The position numbers were made by a program, and so were the translations under genes. Below are positions 1-10,504 of a DNA stretch of 64,000 nt, in pieces. Source of the stretch: Candidatus Omnitrophota bacterium. GTDB taxonomy: Bacteria > Omnitrophota > Gorgyraeia > Zapsychrales > Fredricksoniimonadaceae. Position 1 is the stretch's first letter. Every line of letters starts with the position of its first letter. The notes under the pieces are model-generated. The model ran no database searches. It saw only the letters and a list, made by a program, of their open reading frames with translations, and was not told the DNA's origin. The stretch lies in NCBI GenBank assembly GCA_903908245.1, contig CAIVRE010000006.1, positions 21,951 to 85,950 of the forward strand. The letters are read 5' to 3'.

Positions 1-632
1 ATCCCCCATGACAACCGCGCCTTGGGGCGGGAAATACAAAGGTCGGTCAACGGCTGGCGCAAAAAACCCAGCATCTCGTTCCTGCGGTGCTCCGGGCGGA
101 TAAACCCGGGATTATCCTCAATATATTTGATGAGCCTGTCCTGATACTTGCTCATCTTGAAGAAATAATTCTTTTCCTTAATGGTCTTCACCTCGCGGAA
201 CTGCCCGCTTTCGGCCTCCTTCTCGGTAATGAACCGCTCTTCCGCGACGGAATAAAGCCCTTCATACTCTTTCTGATAAATATCCCCGCCATCATAGACC
301 TTCTGCAGGATAGACCGGACGATCCGCTTGTGCCGTTCCTGGGTCGTACGGATAAAATCGTCATTGAAAATGCCAAGCTTCTTCCAAAGATCAGTAAAAC
401 GAGGCGCCAGGTCATCGCAATGCGCCTGAGGTGACAATCCACGCTTCTCCGCCGCCTGCTGCACCTTCTGCCCGTGCTCATCCAGGCCCGTGAGGAAGAA
501 AACATCATCCCCCAGAGCCCTGTGAAAACGCGACAGCACATCCGCCAGAATAGTCGTATACGCATGCCCGATATGCGGCGCATCGTTCACATAATAAATA
601 GGGGTTGTAACATAAAACCTACTTTTTATCAT
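1..632 (-). CDS. metG: Methionyl-tRNA synthetase, N-terminal part (gene continues past window start)
   Basis: Reverse-complement translation from the ATG at 632-630 gives MIKSRFYVTTPIYYVNDAPHIGHAYTTILAD, the canonical MetRS N-terminus with the HIGH motif. The listed ORFs 87..434(+) and 188..583(-) are out-of-frame artefacts. Confidence 0.9.
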   Translation of the reverse strand, partial: MIKSRFYVTTPIYYVNDAPHIGHAYTTILADVLSRFHRALGDDVFFLTGLDEHGQKVQQAAEKRGLSPQAHCDDLAPRFTDLWKKLGIFNDDFIRTTQERHKRIVRSILQKVYDGGDIYQKEYEGLYSVAEERFITEKEAESGQFREVKTIKEKNYFFKMSKYQDRLIKYIEDNPGFIRPEHRRNEMLGFLRQPLTDLCISRPKARLSWG

Positions 633-1428
633 TGGGATTTTCCAGCGGCATACTGATCTTCACGACCTTGCCGTCACCTGTATCCACATAGACAAGGCGT
701 TTTAAGATATCGAGGTTGATCACCCGCCCGCGGCCTTCGGCGACCTGGATCTTGGCGCCCATTTTGGGCAGCCCGCGGTTCAATTCTTTATAAACGTTGA
801 ACTCATAGGCCATACAACACTTGATACGCCCGCAGACACCCGAGATCTTCGACGGATTAAGCGGCAACGCCTGCTCCTTGGCCATTTTGATGGACAACTG
901 GCTGAAATCCTTGATAAAATTCGCGCAACACAACTCCTGCCCGCACACACCGTAACCCTTGATCATTTTCGCGCGGTCACGCACACCGATCTGCTTGAGT
1001 TCGATCCGAAGACGGAACACCTTGGCCAATTCCTTGACCAGATTACGAAAATCCACACGCCCTTCCGCCGTAAAATACAGGATGACCTTGGTGGCATCAA
1101 ATGAATATTCCGCATTGAGCATTTTCATGTCCAGCTTGAGCTCATTGACCTTGCTGATGCAGACATTAAGCGCATCTTTGGCTTTATTGCGGTTGTTCTC
1201 GATCTGGCGCCGGTCGCCTTCCGTGACCTTGCGCAAAACCTTGCCCTGCGCAGCTGGCAGACGCCCGCCCTCGCCGTGAGGCACTGCCTCGGCGACAACC
1301 CGCCCCATTTCAGAAGAACGGTCAAGATCAACGATCACAAGCTCCCCGCGCTTAAGCTCCTGCCCGTTACAGTCAAAACACCCGGACGGACGGTATTCCC
1401 CAACCTGTATATGAAATATCTTTGCCAT
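619..1428 (-). CDS. ricT: PSP1 C-terminal domain protein RicT/YaaT
   Basis: 269 aa with the cysteine-rich PSP1 pattern (GVCGRIKCC, CGQELCC). Conserved tmk-holB-yaaT-metG synteny. Confidence 0.8.
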   Translation of the reverse strand: MAKIFHIQVGEYRPSGCFDCNGQELKRGELVIVDLDRSSEMGRVVAEAVPHGEGGRLPAAQGKVLRKVTEGDRRQIENNRNKAKDALNVCISKVNELKLDMKMLNAEYSFDATKVILYFTAEGRVDFRNLVKELAKVFRLRIELKQIGVRDRAKMIKGYGVCGQELCCANFIKDFSQLSIKMAKEQALPLNPSKISGVCGRIKCCMAYEFNVYKELNRGLPKMGAKIQVAEGRGRVINLDILKRLVYVDTGDGKVVKISMPLENPNDKK

Positions 1429-1434
1429 AAACCC

Positions 1435-2364
1435 CTATCTGATCATTTCTTTTAATAAAATAAGCGCCAGTTTCACATTGAAATTTTCGTTAACAGCCTC
1501 GATCACCTTCACCGCCCGGGCCACAACCGCCTGGGCATCACCGGCGGAAAGTTTCTGCGCCGCCCTCCGGATATCCGCCGAACGGCCACTATAATACAAC
1601 ACCTGGTCCGCCGCCCCGTTCTGTACGCAAAGGACGTCCCGATAAAACTTCAACACCACATCCCCGGCCTTGCGCGCCTTTTCCTTATCCGCGCTCCACT
1701 TCTTGAACAACTCCTCGGATGCGGCCCCTAAAATAAACTCGTCTATGACCAGGTCCTCCGGAGACCCAACATCATACTTACTTTTCGCCCCCCCGACAAG
1801 AACGGAATTCCTCAAAGGAGCAAAGCGGACCTCATGACAGCGCGACAGGACGGTCTTAAGAATATTACCGGGTGCCGCGCTGGTCAGGACGAACAAGGAC
1901 CCCGGACAGGGCTCCTCCAACGTCTTTAAGAACGCATTGGAAGCCTGCGTGTTAAGCAGATCGGCGTCTTTGATAACAATGACCCGCACGCGGGCTTCAA
2001 GCGCCCGAACACCTAACCAAGGGATAAGTGGCGGATGCTGCGGCTTAAACGGTTCTGCCTCCGCCTTAGGTAACATTTGAGCAATCACTATCTCGGCCTT
2101 GTTCTCCGGCTTCTTTAAAACAAAAAGATCCGGATGATTACCGGTATCAAACTTTCGACAGGAAGAGCACTGGCATCCGGCCTTACGTCCGCCCGGCTCG
2201 AGGCAATTCACCGCTTGAGCCAAAGCCAAAGCTGTCTCCACCTTGCCAGACCCCCCGGGGCCGGTGAATAAATAGGCATGCGCCAAACGGCCGGAAGCAT
2301 AAAGCTTTAGAAGCCTCTCGATCACATCAAGGTTGATCAACTCAGCGGGCAGAGGCATTGTCAA
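1435..2364 (-). CDS. holB: DNA polymerase III delta-prime subunit
   Basis: Walker A FTGPGGSGK and zinc-module cysteines (CQCSSC). 4-nt overlap with tmk. Confidence 0.85.
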   Translation of the reverse strand: MTMPLPAELINLDVIERLLKLYASGRLAHAYLFTGPGGSGKVETALALAQAVNCLEPGGRKAGCQCSSCRKFDTGNHPDLFVLKKPENKAEIVIAQMLPKAEAEPFKPQHPPLIPWLGVRALEARVRVIVIKDADLLNTQASNAFLKTLEEPCPGSLFVLTSAAPGNILKTVLSRCHEVRFAPLRNSVLVGGAKSKYDVGSPEDLVIDEFILGAASEELFKKWSADKEKARKAGDVVLKFYRDVLCVQNGAADQVLYYSGRSADIRRAAQKLSAGDAQAVVARAVKVIEAVNENFNVKLALILLKEMIR

Positions 2365-2975
2365 AGCATTGTCTCAATACGCGCGCAGATCCGCGCAAAG
2401 ATCACATCCCTGGGAAGAGAGCCGTCAATAGCCATGATCCGCATTGGCTCTTTCTTCGCCATATCAAGATATCCATTACGCACTTTATTGTGATACTCCA
2501 TGGAACGCAGTTCAATGCGGTCACGTTCCGCCCCGCGGCGGCGCAACCCTTCCTCAACATCCAGGTCCAGGAAGATCGTCAGGTCAGGTGCAATGCCTTT
2601 GGTGGCAAACAAGCCGACCGACCGGATCGCGTCAACCGGAACACCGCAACCATACCCCTGATAAGCGATCGTGGAATCCAGGAAACGATCACATAAAAGG
2701 ACCGTGCCCTGCTCAAGCTCCGGAATGACCACTTCCTCCACCAGCTGAGCACGGGCAGCCATGTAAAGAAGCGTTTCACACTCCCTGTTCATCGCCGTAT
2801 TCGCCTTGTCGAGAAGGATCGCGCGGATCTTTTCGCTGATCGCGACCCCGCCCGGCTCACGGATAAGTTTCACTTGACGGCCGGCGGCCTTCAAATGCTC
2901 CAGGAGCATTCTCGACTGAGTGCTCTTACCGCAGCCCTCGGAACCTTCAAATGTAATGAACTTGCCCTTAAGCAT
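2361..2975 (-). CDS. tmk: Thymidylate kinase
   Basis: P-loop FITFEGSEGCGKST, DRF motif and LID region. 204 aa. Confidence 0.9.
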   Translation of the reverse strand: MLKGKFITFEGSEGCGKSTQSRMLLEHLKAAGRQVKLIREPGGVAISEKIRAILLDKANTAMNRECETLLYMAARAQLVEEVVIPELEQGTVLLCDRFLDSTIAYQGYGCGVPVDAIRSVGLFATKGIAPDLTIFLDLDVEEGLRRRGAERDRIELRSMEYHNKVRNGYLDMAKKEPMRIMAIDGSLPRDVIFARICARIETML

Positions 2976-2996
2976 ATTTACTCCCTGCGATACTTC

Positions 2997-3233
2997 TCAA
3001 CCATGGTCCATCCAGCGTATAACGCGCAGGTCCCTGTTATCCCGAAAACTTCCGGAAATAATAAAGATCAGGTCAACAATAGCCCAAACACCCAACCCGC
3101 CTGCCGTACACAGCATTAAAATAGCCGTCCCTGTTTTCCCGACATAAAACCGGTGCGCGCCCAGCAGCCCCAGGAACAGGCAGAGCAACAAACACGCCAG
3201 ACGGGATTTAGGAGAATCCATTTGCTGGTCCAT
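2997..3233 (-). CDS. TM2 domain membrane protein
   Basis: GAHRFYVGKTGTAILM matches the TM2 domain signature with two TM helices. Start refined to the internal ATG to avoid overlap with cysS (listed ORF runs to 3284). Confidence 0.6.
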   Translation of the reverse strand: MDQQMDSPKSRLACLLLCLFLGLLGAHRFYVGKTGTAILMLCTAGGLGVWAIVDLIFIISGSFRDNRDLRVIRWMDHG

Positions 3234-3249
3234 GATCAGCCTTTCTGTT

Positions 3250-4647
3250 TTAACCTCGCCGCCAAGATTGGCCCGTTTTCCCATCCTCGACGAGAATGCC
3301 GCGCGCTTTTAAAATATCGCGCAACTCATCCGAACGCTTCCAATCCCTGGCCTTACGCGCTTCAACGCGCTCATTAACAAGCACCAGATCCCCGGCGGAT
3401 AACCCTGCAGACTTATCCTCCAGGTCAAGGCCAAGGACCCCCGCCAAAAAACTTCTCAGAAAATCTGCCGTTGCATGAACACTGCCCTCAAAATAATCAT
3501 CCTGTTTCCCGGTATCAATGAACCGGTTCGCCGCCGTGATCAGCTCGAATACATGCCCGACCGCAAGCGCGGTATTGAAATCCTCATCCATCGCCGCCAG
3601 GATCTTTTCCTTGGCATCCACCAGGAACTCCACATCCTCCAGGCGCACTTCCAGTTTCGACGACGGGACCCGCGCGGCGCGGCCGATCAGCGCCTTGAAC
3701 TTGACAAGGCCCTTCTCCATATCGCCGAGCTTCTCATCCGTATAATCAATGGAACTGGCATAATGCGTCGACAGAAAGAACAGCTTGAACGCGCCCACAG
3801 AATATTTCTTAAGAGCATCCTGGACCGTAATGAAATTCCCCAAAGACTTGCTCATTTTCTGCGAATTGATAGTGAGCAGGCCGTGATGGATCCACATCTT
3901 CGCGAATTGTTTTCCCGTAAGCGCCTCGGCCTGGGCGATCTCATTCTCGTGATGCGGGAAAACCAGATCACGCCCGCCGGCATGAATATCCAGCGTTTCC
4001 GTACCAAGATGCTTGATGCTCATGCAGGAACACTCGATATGCCACCCCGGACGGCCATCGCCCCATGGAGACGGCCACGAGGGCTCCCCGGGTTTGGCCT
4101 TCTTCCAAAGCGCGAAATCCAGCGGATCTTCCTTCTTTTCATCCTTGTCAATGCGAACGCCCTCAAGCATCTTGTCGACGCTCTGGCCCGACAACTTTCC
4201 GTAAGAGGGGAACGAACGGACACGGAAGTACACATCCCCTTCAACGGGATAGGCATGCCCCTTGGCGATCAGCCCCTCGATATGCGCGATCATCAGCGGG
4301 ATATTCTCCGTCGCGCGCGGCTCAACATCCGCGGGGCTTACCCCCAGATCGGCCATATCCTTATAATACAGCGCGATATTTTCTTTAACCACCTCATCGA
4401 ATGTCCTGCCTGTCTGCGCAGCCTTGGCAATGATCTTGTCATCAACATCCGTGATATTGCGGACAAACCGCACCTCATACCCGCGATAACGCATATATTT
4501 CACCAGCGTATCGAACGTATACAGCGACCGGGCATGGCCGATATGACATTTATCATAGACCGTCACGCCGCAAGAATACATGTTGATCCGCGCCGGAAGA
4601 GGAGGCAGGGCCTCGCGTGCCCTGGTAAGTGAATTATAAAGGTCCAT
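3250..4647 (-). CDS. cysS: Cysteinyl-tRNA synthetase
   Basis: HIGH (CHIGHARS) and KMSKS motifs. 465 aa class I aaRS. Confidence 0.95.
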   Translation of the reverse strand: MDLYNSLTRAREALPPLPARINMYSCGVTVYDKCHIGHARSLYTFDTLVKYMRYRGYEVRFVRNITDVDDKIIAKAAQTGRTFDEVVKENIALYYKDMADLGVSPADVEPRATENIPLMIAHIEGLIAKGHAYPVEGDVYFRVRSFPSYGKLSGQSVDKMLEGVRIDKDEKKEDPLDFALWKKAKPGEPSWPSPWGDGRPGWHIECSCMSIKHLGTETLDIHAGGRDLVFPHHENEIAQAEALTGKQFAKMWIHHGLLTINSQKMSKSLGNFITVQDALKKYSVGAFKLFFLSTHYASSIDYTDEKLGDMEKGLVKFKALIGRAARVPSSKLEVRLEDVEFLVDAKEKILAAMDEDFNTALAVGHVFELITAANRFIDTGKQDDYFEGSVHATADFLRSFLAGVLGLDLEDKSAGLSAGDLVLVNERVEARKARDWKRSDELRDILKARGILVEDGKTGQSWRRG

Positions 4648-4649
4648 AC

Positions 4650-5312
4650 CTAACTCTTTTTCTCTAGCGCGTTAAGCCGCTGAGCAAGCTCATCAATATC
4701 CCGCCGGACGGGGTCAAGGATCTGTTCATGCGCCAGCTTCTTGTCGATCTTCTCTCCGTCCTGTTTGGTCACATAACCGGGAACACCGACAACCGTCGCA
4801 TTGGGCGGGACACTTTGCAGGACAACCGAATTCGCCCCGACATAAGAATTGTCCCCGATCGTGATATTCCCCAGGATCTTGGCCCCCGCGCCGACAACAA
4901 TATTGTTCCCCAGGGAAGGATGGCGCTTGCCTGTTTCCTTGCCCGTGCCACCGAGGGTCACCCCCTGATAAAGCGTCACATTATTTCCAACGACCGCGGT
5001 CTCGCCGATCACAACCCCCGTTCCATGGTCGATCAGAAGCCCGTCACCGATCACGGCCCCGGGGTGGATCTCGATCCCCGTGCACATGCGCGCGAACTGG
5101 GAAATAGCCCTCGGCAGGATAGGGATATTCATCCTCCACAAAGGATGCGCTATCCGGTGGAACACCACCGCATGCAACCCCGAATACAAAAGGACCACTT
5201 CAATGGCTGAACGCGCCGCCGGATCCCGCTCCTGGATCGCCCTGACCTCTTTATTAAAGAAGATCAGCGTTACCAGCCAGAACACCAGCAGGCTGTACAA
5301 TAAAAACATCAT
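4650..5312 (-). CDS. cysE: Serine O-acetyltransferase
   Basis: DPAARS N-terminal motif followed by a left-handed beta-helix hexapeptide region (GIEIHPGAVIGDG...GGTGK). 220 aa short form. Confidence 0.9.
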   Translation of the reverse strand: MMFLLYSLLVFWLVTLIFFNKEVRAIQERDPAARSAIEVVLLYSGLHAVVFHRIAHPLWRMNIPILPRAISQFARMCTGIEIHPGAVIGDGLLIDHGTGVVIGETAVVGNNVTLYQGVTLGGTGKETGKRHPSLGNNIVVGAGAKILGNITIGDNSYVGANSVVLQSVPPNATVVGVPGYVTKQDGEKIDKKLAHEQILDPVRRDIDELAQRLNALEKKS

Positions 5313-5324
5313 ATAACCCTCCTG

Positions 5325-5831
5325 TTAAACCCGATGCAACATAACCGTCGCATACGCGGCCATGCCTTCTTTACGCCCGATGAACCCGAGGCCTTCATTG
5401 GTCGTTGCCTTCACATTCACCCGGCGAACATCCATATCAAGCGCTTTGGCGATGTTCGCTCTCATTTTAGCCTTGTAAGGGCTTATCTTCGGCGCCTCGG
5501 CCAGCAGTACGCAATCGACATTAATAACTTGAAAACCCGACGCTTCAAGCAGCTTTTGCACATGCTTTAGCAGGACCACGCTCGCAATGCCTTTATATTT
5601 CTTGTCGGTATCCGGGAAATGCTCCCCGATATCGCCTTTGCCGGCCGCGCCCAATAACGCATCGGCAATGGCGTGCAACAACACATCCGCGTCCGAATGG
5701 CCTTGAAGGCCGCGGCCATACGGAATCCTCACCCCGCCGAGCACCAATTTGCGCCCGGGCACCAACGGATGCACATCGTACCCGATGCCCGTACAATAAT
5801 CGAACGGCTTATCTCCTTTTAATGACCTCAT
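5325..5831 (-). CDS. ispF: 2-C-methyl-D-erythritol 2,4-cyclodiphosphate synthase
   Basis: GIGYDVHPL ... [19 protein letters not shown] signature. 4-nt overlap with ispD. Confidence 0.9.
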   Translation of the reverse strand: MRSLKGDKPFDYCTGIGYDVHPLVPGRKLVLGGVRIPYGRGLQGHSDADVLLHAIADALLGAAGKGDIGEHFPDTDKKYKGIASVVLLKHVQKLLEASGFQVINVDCVLLAEAPKISPYKAKMRANIAKALDMDVRRVNVKATTNEGLGFIGRKEGMAAYATVMLHRV

Positions 5832-6514
5832 GACAATCTTCCCCGCAAAAAGATCTCCGCGATATCCATATCCTCGGGAGTGGTTATCTTAATATTCCTG
5901 TAATCCCCCATATAAACCATCACCTTGTGCCCCGCGAGCTCGACCAATCCGGCATCATCGGAAGCATCCATATCTCCTTCATAAACCTGGTCCAGAAGCC
6001 GGCGGTCGAATATTTGCGGCGTCTGGATCTCCCAGACCAGAGAACGGTCAAGCGTTTCAAGAACAACCCCGGTCACAGGATCGACCACTTTGAGCGTAGG
6101 CTTCACAGGGACTCCGACCACCGCCGCCTTCCCTTTAAGCACGTGCGCAATCCCGTCATCGATCATCCGGCCGGTCACAAAAGGCCGCACCGCGTCATGA
6201 ACGATCACGATCTGCGTGTCCTGATCAAGCGCCCTGAGCCCCAACCGTACCGATCCGGTACGCGTCTGGCCTCCGGGAACAACGTCGACCCGCCGGGCCA
6301 GACCGGCCGCCTTAAGCGCCTGGCGGTAATCCTCAATATAATCCCCATGCACCACCAGGACAATGCCCGCCACCAAAGGATGCGCATCAAAAACCTTGAG
6401 CGTGCGCACCACGACCGGTTCACCGCCTAAAAGTAAAAGCGGTTTTGGGACCGGAGCATTCATCCTCTCACCGGTACCGCCGGCCGCAATAATGACCTGG
6501 ACTTTAAGGTTCAT
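5828..6514 (-). CDS. ispD: 2-C-methyl-D-erythritol 4-phosphate cytidylyltransferase
   Basis: [12 protein letters not shown]-terminal nucleotidyltransferase motif. 228 aa. ispD-ispF adjacency. Confidence 0.9.
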   Translation of the reverse strand: MNLKVQVIIAAGGTGERMNAPVPKPLLLLGGEPVVVRTLKVFDAHPLVAGIVLVVHGDYIEDYRQALKAAGLARRVDVVPGGQTRTGSVRLGLRALDQDTQIVIVHDAVRPFVTGRMIDDGIAHVLKGKAAVVGVPVKPTLKVVDPVTGVVLETLDRSLVWEIQTPQIFDRRLLDQVYEGDMDASDDAGLVELAGHKVMVYMGDYRNIKITTPEDMDIAEIFLRGRLS

Positions 6515-7494
6515 CCATGCTCCATTTTGGCAAAAACCATCCGGCCCGCCTGCGTCTGCAGGACAGAAGAAACCACCACCTTGACCTTATGCCCGGTATG
6601 GCGGCGGCCATCGGTCACAACCACCATGGTGCCATCTTCAAGATACCCGACCCCCTGATTCTCTTCCTTGCCTTCCTTGATGATAAGGACATCCATCTGC
6701 TCGCCGGCAAAAATAACCGGCTTCACCGAATTGAGCAGGTCGTTGATATTAAGCATTTCTGTCCCCTGAATAGCGGCAATACGGCTCAAATTAAAATCCG
6801 TGGTGCACACCCGGGCATCAAGGATCTTGGCCAGCTTGATCAGCTTGAGGTCCACTTCCTTGTCCCCCGGGAGATCATCCTCATGGATATGGATGTCCAC
6901 CGCAGGATCTTTCTGCATCGCGCGAAGGAGCTCCATCCCCCGGCGCCCACGCTGGCGTTTAAGGTCATCCTCGGAATCCGCCAGGCGCTGCAGTTCATGC
7001 AGGACAAACCGCGGGACCACCAGCCGGCCGGTCAGAAAACGGCTGCGAAAGATATCCGCCACACGGCCGTCAATGATCGCGCTCGTATCAAGCAGAATAA
7101 CGCTGTCTTTAAGGTCCGTCCGTTTAAAACGGACATACGGGATGATCAGGTTGAACTCGTCTTTCCCGCGCAAGGCGATAACAGCGCCGAGATAAGAAAA
7201 GATCAGCGTAAATATCACGCGCAGTGCCGAATGAACTGTTTCAGTGAACGGGACCAGCGCCAGGATATCCGACACCAGCTTGGCCATGATCACGCCGAAC
7301 ACCAGCCCGAAGACAACGCTCGAAAGCCCCCGTACAGAAACCTGCTTGGTCATGGCCTCGATCCATACCCAGACCGCGGCGCAAGCCAGCCCGCCGAGAA
7401 CCCCCAGCAATTCCCGATTGTAGAAACTGCCCACCAGATACCCGACAACAGCGCTTAATACGGTGAAAAAGATCCGAATGAATAATAATGTCAT
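6511..7494 (-). CDS. yacL: PIN/TRAM domain membrane protein (YacL-like)
   Basis: N-terminal TM helices, a PIN-like domain and a C-terminal TRAM-like domain. Conserved position between radA and ispD as in Bacillus. Confidence 0.7.
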   Translation of the reverse strand: MTLLFIRIFFTVLSAVVGYLVGSFYNRELLGVLGGLACAAVWVWIEAMTKQVSVRGLSSVVFGLVFGVIMAKLVSDILALVPFTETVHSALRVIFTLIFSYLGAVIALRGKDEFNLIIPYVRFKRTDLKDSVILLDTSAIIDGRVADIFRSRFLTGRLVVPRFVLHELQRLADSEDDLKRQRGRRGMELLRAMQKDPAVDIHIHEDDLPGDKEVDLKLIKLAKILDARVCTTDFNLSRIAAIQGTEMLNINDLLNSVKPVIFAGEQMDVLIIKEGKEENQGVGYLEDGTMVVVTDGRRHTGHKVKVVVSSVLQTQAGRMVFAKMEHG

Positions 7495-7530
7495 AGAATT
7501 CTTCTCCGAAAACTTTTGTAGGGACTCCCT

Positions 7531-8916
7531 CTAATTCCTGATCAGATCCAGCGCCTCGCGCACATCGCCAACGGCAATGATCTGCAGCGTCTTCAGCTTC
7601 AGGCCGCTATGCGCCTTCAGATTGTTCTTCGGTATAAAACACTTCTTGAAACCCAGTTTCTCGGCCTCATTGAGACGGGGAACGATATGCCCCACACTGC
7701 GCACTTCCGCCGATAACCCGACCTCGCCCAGCACGGCGGTATCCGGCGGCAAAGGCTTGTCCAGGAAAGATGATGCAACTGCAAGCGCCACACCCAGGTC
7801 TGCCGCCGGGTCTTCCACCCTGACGCCTCCCACGATGTTCAGGAAAATATCCTGATCCTCCAGGCGCAGGCCGACCCTCTTCTCCAGAACGGCGGTCAAT
7901 AGCGACAAACGGTTCGAGTCAAACCCCTGTGCGCGATGTCGCACCATCCCGAACGCAGAGCGGCTCACCAAGCCCTGGACCTCGACAAGGAACGGCCGGG
8001 TCCCTTCCAGGATCGGGACCACCACGGAACCCGAAGACGCCTTCGCACGCTCGGAAAGAAATATCTCCGACGGATTCTCGACCTCGAGAAGGCCGGCGGA
8101 CGTCATTTCAAAAACGCCCAGCTCATTGGTCGAGCCGAAACGGTTCTTGGTCGTACGCAGGACACGATAAGCCGAATAACGTTCTCCTTCAAAATAAAGG
8201 ACCGTATCAACAATATGTTCCAGGACCCTCGGCCCCGCAATGGCTCCGTCCTTGGTCACATGGCCTATGATCATCATCGCAACCCCGCGGGACTTCGCCA
8301 GCTGGGTCAACAATGCCGCGCATTCACGCACCTGCCCCACACTCCCCGGCGAAGAACCAAGGTTCGGCTCATAAACCACCTGGATCGAATCAATGACCAC
8401 GACCGACGGCGCGATCTTGTTAATGAACTCGATAATAATATTCAGGTCGATCTGGTTGACAATGAACAGATTGGCATTCGCCTTGCGAACGATGCGGTCC
8501 GCGCGCATCTTGGTCTGCGCGATCGATTCCTCACCGCTCACGTACAAAACCTTAAGCCCCTCTTCACTGAAACGGCAGGCGGCCTGCAACGCGATCGTGG
8601 ATTTCCCGATCCCGGGATCCCCGCCGATAAGCGTCACGGACCCCACCACCATCCCGCCACCCAGGACACGGTCCAGCTCCTTGATCCCGGTCTGATACCG
8701 CTTTTCATGAACAGACGATATATCCCCCAACAGCACCGGCGCGTCCATGCTGGTCAGCAGCCCGCGCTGGGTCCCCTGGGCCGGTTTTGACACCGAGGTC
8801 TCCTCAACGAACGAATTCCAGCCATTACAGCCCGGACATTTCCCGAGCCAGCGGGAAGACTCCTGCCCGCAACTCTGGCAAATAAAAACGGTCTTGGCGC
8901 TGCCCTTGATCCTCAT
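7531..8916 (-). CDS. radA: DNA repair protein RadA/Sms
   Basis: N-terminal C4 zinc finger (CQSCGQ...CPGCNGWNS), RecA-like Walker A GDPGIGKST, KNRFG motif and a Lon-like C-terminus. Start refined to the internal ATG (MRIKGSAK); listed ORF extends to 8967. Confidence 0.9.
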   Translation of the reverse strand: MRIKGSAKTVFICQSCGQESSRWLGKCPGCNGWNSFVEETSVSKPAQGTQRGLLTSMDAPVLLGDISSVHEKRYQTGIKELDRVLGGGMVVGSVTLIGGDPGIGKSTIALQAACRFSEEGLKVLYVSGEESIAQTKMRADRIVRKANANLFIVNQIDLNIIIEFINKIAPSVVVIDSIQVVYEPNLGSSPGSVGQVRECAALLTQLAKSRGVAMMIIGHVTKDGAIAGPRVLEHIVDTVLYFEGERYSAYRVLRTTKNRFGSTNELGVFEMTSAGLLEVENPSEIFLSERAKASSGSVVVPILEGTRPFLVEVQGLVSRSAFGMVRHRAQGFDSNRLSLLTAVLEKRVGLRLEDQDIFLNIVGGVRVEDPAADLGVALAVASSFLDKPLPPDTAVLGEVGLSAEVRSVGHIVPRLNEAEKLGFKKCFIPKNNLKAHSGLKLKTLQIIAVGDVREALDLIRN

Positions 8917-8933
8917 AACAACAGGTCCTGTCC

Positions 8934-9734
8934 TTACTTGCCTCTGGGACGAAAGAACAGCTTCCACGGATTCGCCTTCAGGTCCGCCGAAAGCTCTTCC
9001 AGGTTCTGATAAACCCGCGGGTCTGTCAGGAACTTGCCCACCGTCCCATCACCTTTATTCAATTTATCCGTCAAAAGGGCAATATTCGCCAGCGTCAAAG
9101 AAAGATTCTGATAAACGCTCTCATCAACGAGCAGCTTGCCAACGCTCCCCTCGCCTTTTCTTACCATCGCCGTGATCGCCGCCAGGTTCTGCAAGGACTC
9201 CGCCAGCGCTTTGGCATTCGCTTCGGTCAATATCCGCTGGTTAACACTCGCAAGGGTCATATCAAGCTTCCCGGCGATACTCCCCACCATCGCCATGATC
9301 GACTCCATGGCCACCGGGTCTTCACCCGTCATCCTGGTCCCCAACGGCAAAAAAGCTTTTGCCTCCCCGGGGATGATCTCGATATATTTCTCCCCCAAAA
9401 GTCCCAGCTGATTGATCAGAACACGTGAATCTTCAGGGATCCCCACCCCGCGCATGACCCATAGCCCGATCCTGACCTTCGTACGGAGATGTGTTGTGTC
9501 ATAAAAGATCACAAGGTCCTTCACGTGGCCGGCATCCACTCCCGCAAGACGGACCGGAGCGCCTTTCTTGAGCCCGTTGGCATAAGTGAACACCGCGGCA
9601 TAGTCATCCCCTTTCTCAAAGAAAGAGAAATCACTGACCGCGAACACAAACCCAAGCAGGCAAACGACCGCCAGCACAACAAACGCACCCACCTTCAAAT
9701 CAAGATTACTTTCCTTAGGCATAACGATCCTCAT
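8934..9734 (-). CDS. mlaD: MCE-domain lipid transport protein MlaD
   Basis: N-terminal TM anchor plus MCE domain. Follows mlaE-mlaF. Confidence 0.8.
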   Translation of the reverse strand: MRIVMPKESNLDLKVGAFVVLAVVCLLGFVFAVSDFSFFEKGDDYAAVFTYANGLKKGAPVRLAGVDAGHVKDLVIFYDTTHLRTKVRIGLWVMRGVGIPEDSRVLINQLGLLGEKYIEIIPGEAKAFLPLGTRMTGEDPVAMESIMAMVGSIAGKLDMTLASVNQRILTEANAKALAESLQNLAAITAMVRKGEGSVGKLLVDESVYQNLSLTLANIALLTDKLNKGDGTVGKFLTDPRVYQNLEELSADLKANPWKLFFRPRGK

Positions 9735-10504
9735 TTTGCATGGCCAAACTTCATACTTTCATCGTCGGTGATAGGCCCGAGCGCTTCCCCGTTAATGAAT
9801 TGCTTCACCACCGGATGGCGGGAGCTCCTTATCTCATCAGGCGTTCCGTCGGCAATGATCTGCCCGTGATAGAACATCGCCACTGAATCCCCCACCTTGA
9901 ACGCCGCGGTCATATCATGGGTCACAACGATCGAGGTGATCTTGAGTTTATTGCGCATTTCGATAATAATATTGTTGATCGCATCCGCCGTTATCGGATC
10001 GATCCCGGTCGTAGGCTCGTCATAAAGGATGATCTTCGGCTCCATGCACAGGATCCGCGCAAGCGATACGCGTTTGCGCATCCCCCCCGAAAGCTCGGAC
10101 GGCATGAGCGCTTCGATCCCCTTTAGCCCGACCAAAGAAAGCGTGTGCATCATCCGCTCTTTTTTCTGGACAGGCGTTAATGACGTGTATTCATCCAGGA
10201 AAAAGCTGACATTCTCGCCGACATTGAGCGAATCGAACAAGGCCCCGCCCTGGAACACCAAACCGATATTCTTGCGGACACGGTCATACTCATGCTGACT
10301 GAGCGTGGTCAATTCCTCCCCGTTCAGCTTGATCGACCCGCCGTCAACCTGCAAAATACCCACAATGCATTTTAATAACACGCTTTTCCCCGCACCGGAG
10401 CGGCCGATAATGACCTTGGTCTCCCCGTCGCGCACAGACAAAGACAGGCCGTTAAGGACCTGGGTCTGGTCAAAAGTCTTGTATAGATCTCGGATCTCGA
10501 TCAT
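9731..10504 (-). CDS. mlaF: ABC transporter ATP-binding protein MlaF
   Basis: Walker A GRSGAGKS, LSGGMRKR signature and Walker B LYDEPT. Start refined to MIEIRDL. Confidence 0.85.
   Translation of the reverse strand: MIEIRDLYKTFDQTQVLNGLSLSVRDGETKVIIGRSGAGKSVLLKCIVGILQVDGGSIKLNGEELTTLSQHEYDRVRKNIGLVFQGGALFDSLNVGENVSFFLDEYTSLTPVQKKERMMHTLSLVGLKGIEALMPSELSGGMRKRVSLARILCMEPKIILYDEPTTGIDPITADAINNIIIEMRNKLKITSIVVTHDMTAAFKVGDSVAMFYHGQIIADGTPDEIRSSRHPVVKQFINGEALGPITDDESMKFGHAK

Noticed and set aside
87-583. Listed ORFs 87..434(+) and 188..583(-)
   Set aside because: Both lie inside metG, whose true frame (YYVNDAPHIGHAYTT) is on the minus strand. These are out-of-frame artefacts, Arg-rich and of low complexity.
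2221-2280. CCCCCCGGGG motif inside holB, considered as a third copy of the palindromic element
   Set aside because: It merely encodes the GPGGSGK Walker A loop, and its flanks do not match the element.
3475-4632. 385-aa plus-strand ORF
   Set aside because: Antisense shadow ORF of cysS. No motifs, Arg/Leu-rich, typical of a high-GC antisense frame.
6517-8790. Plus-strand ORFs 6517..7458 and 7936..8790
   Set aside because: Antisense to yacL and radA respectively, with no domain signatures.
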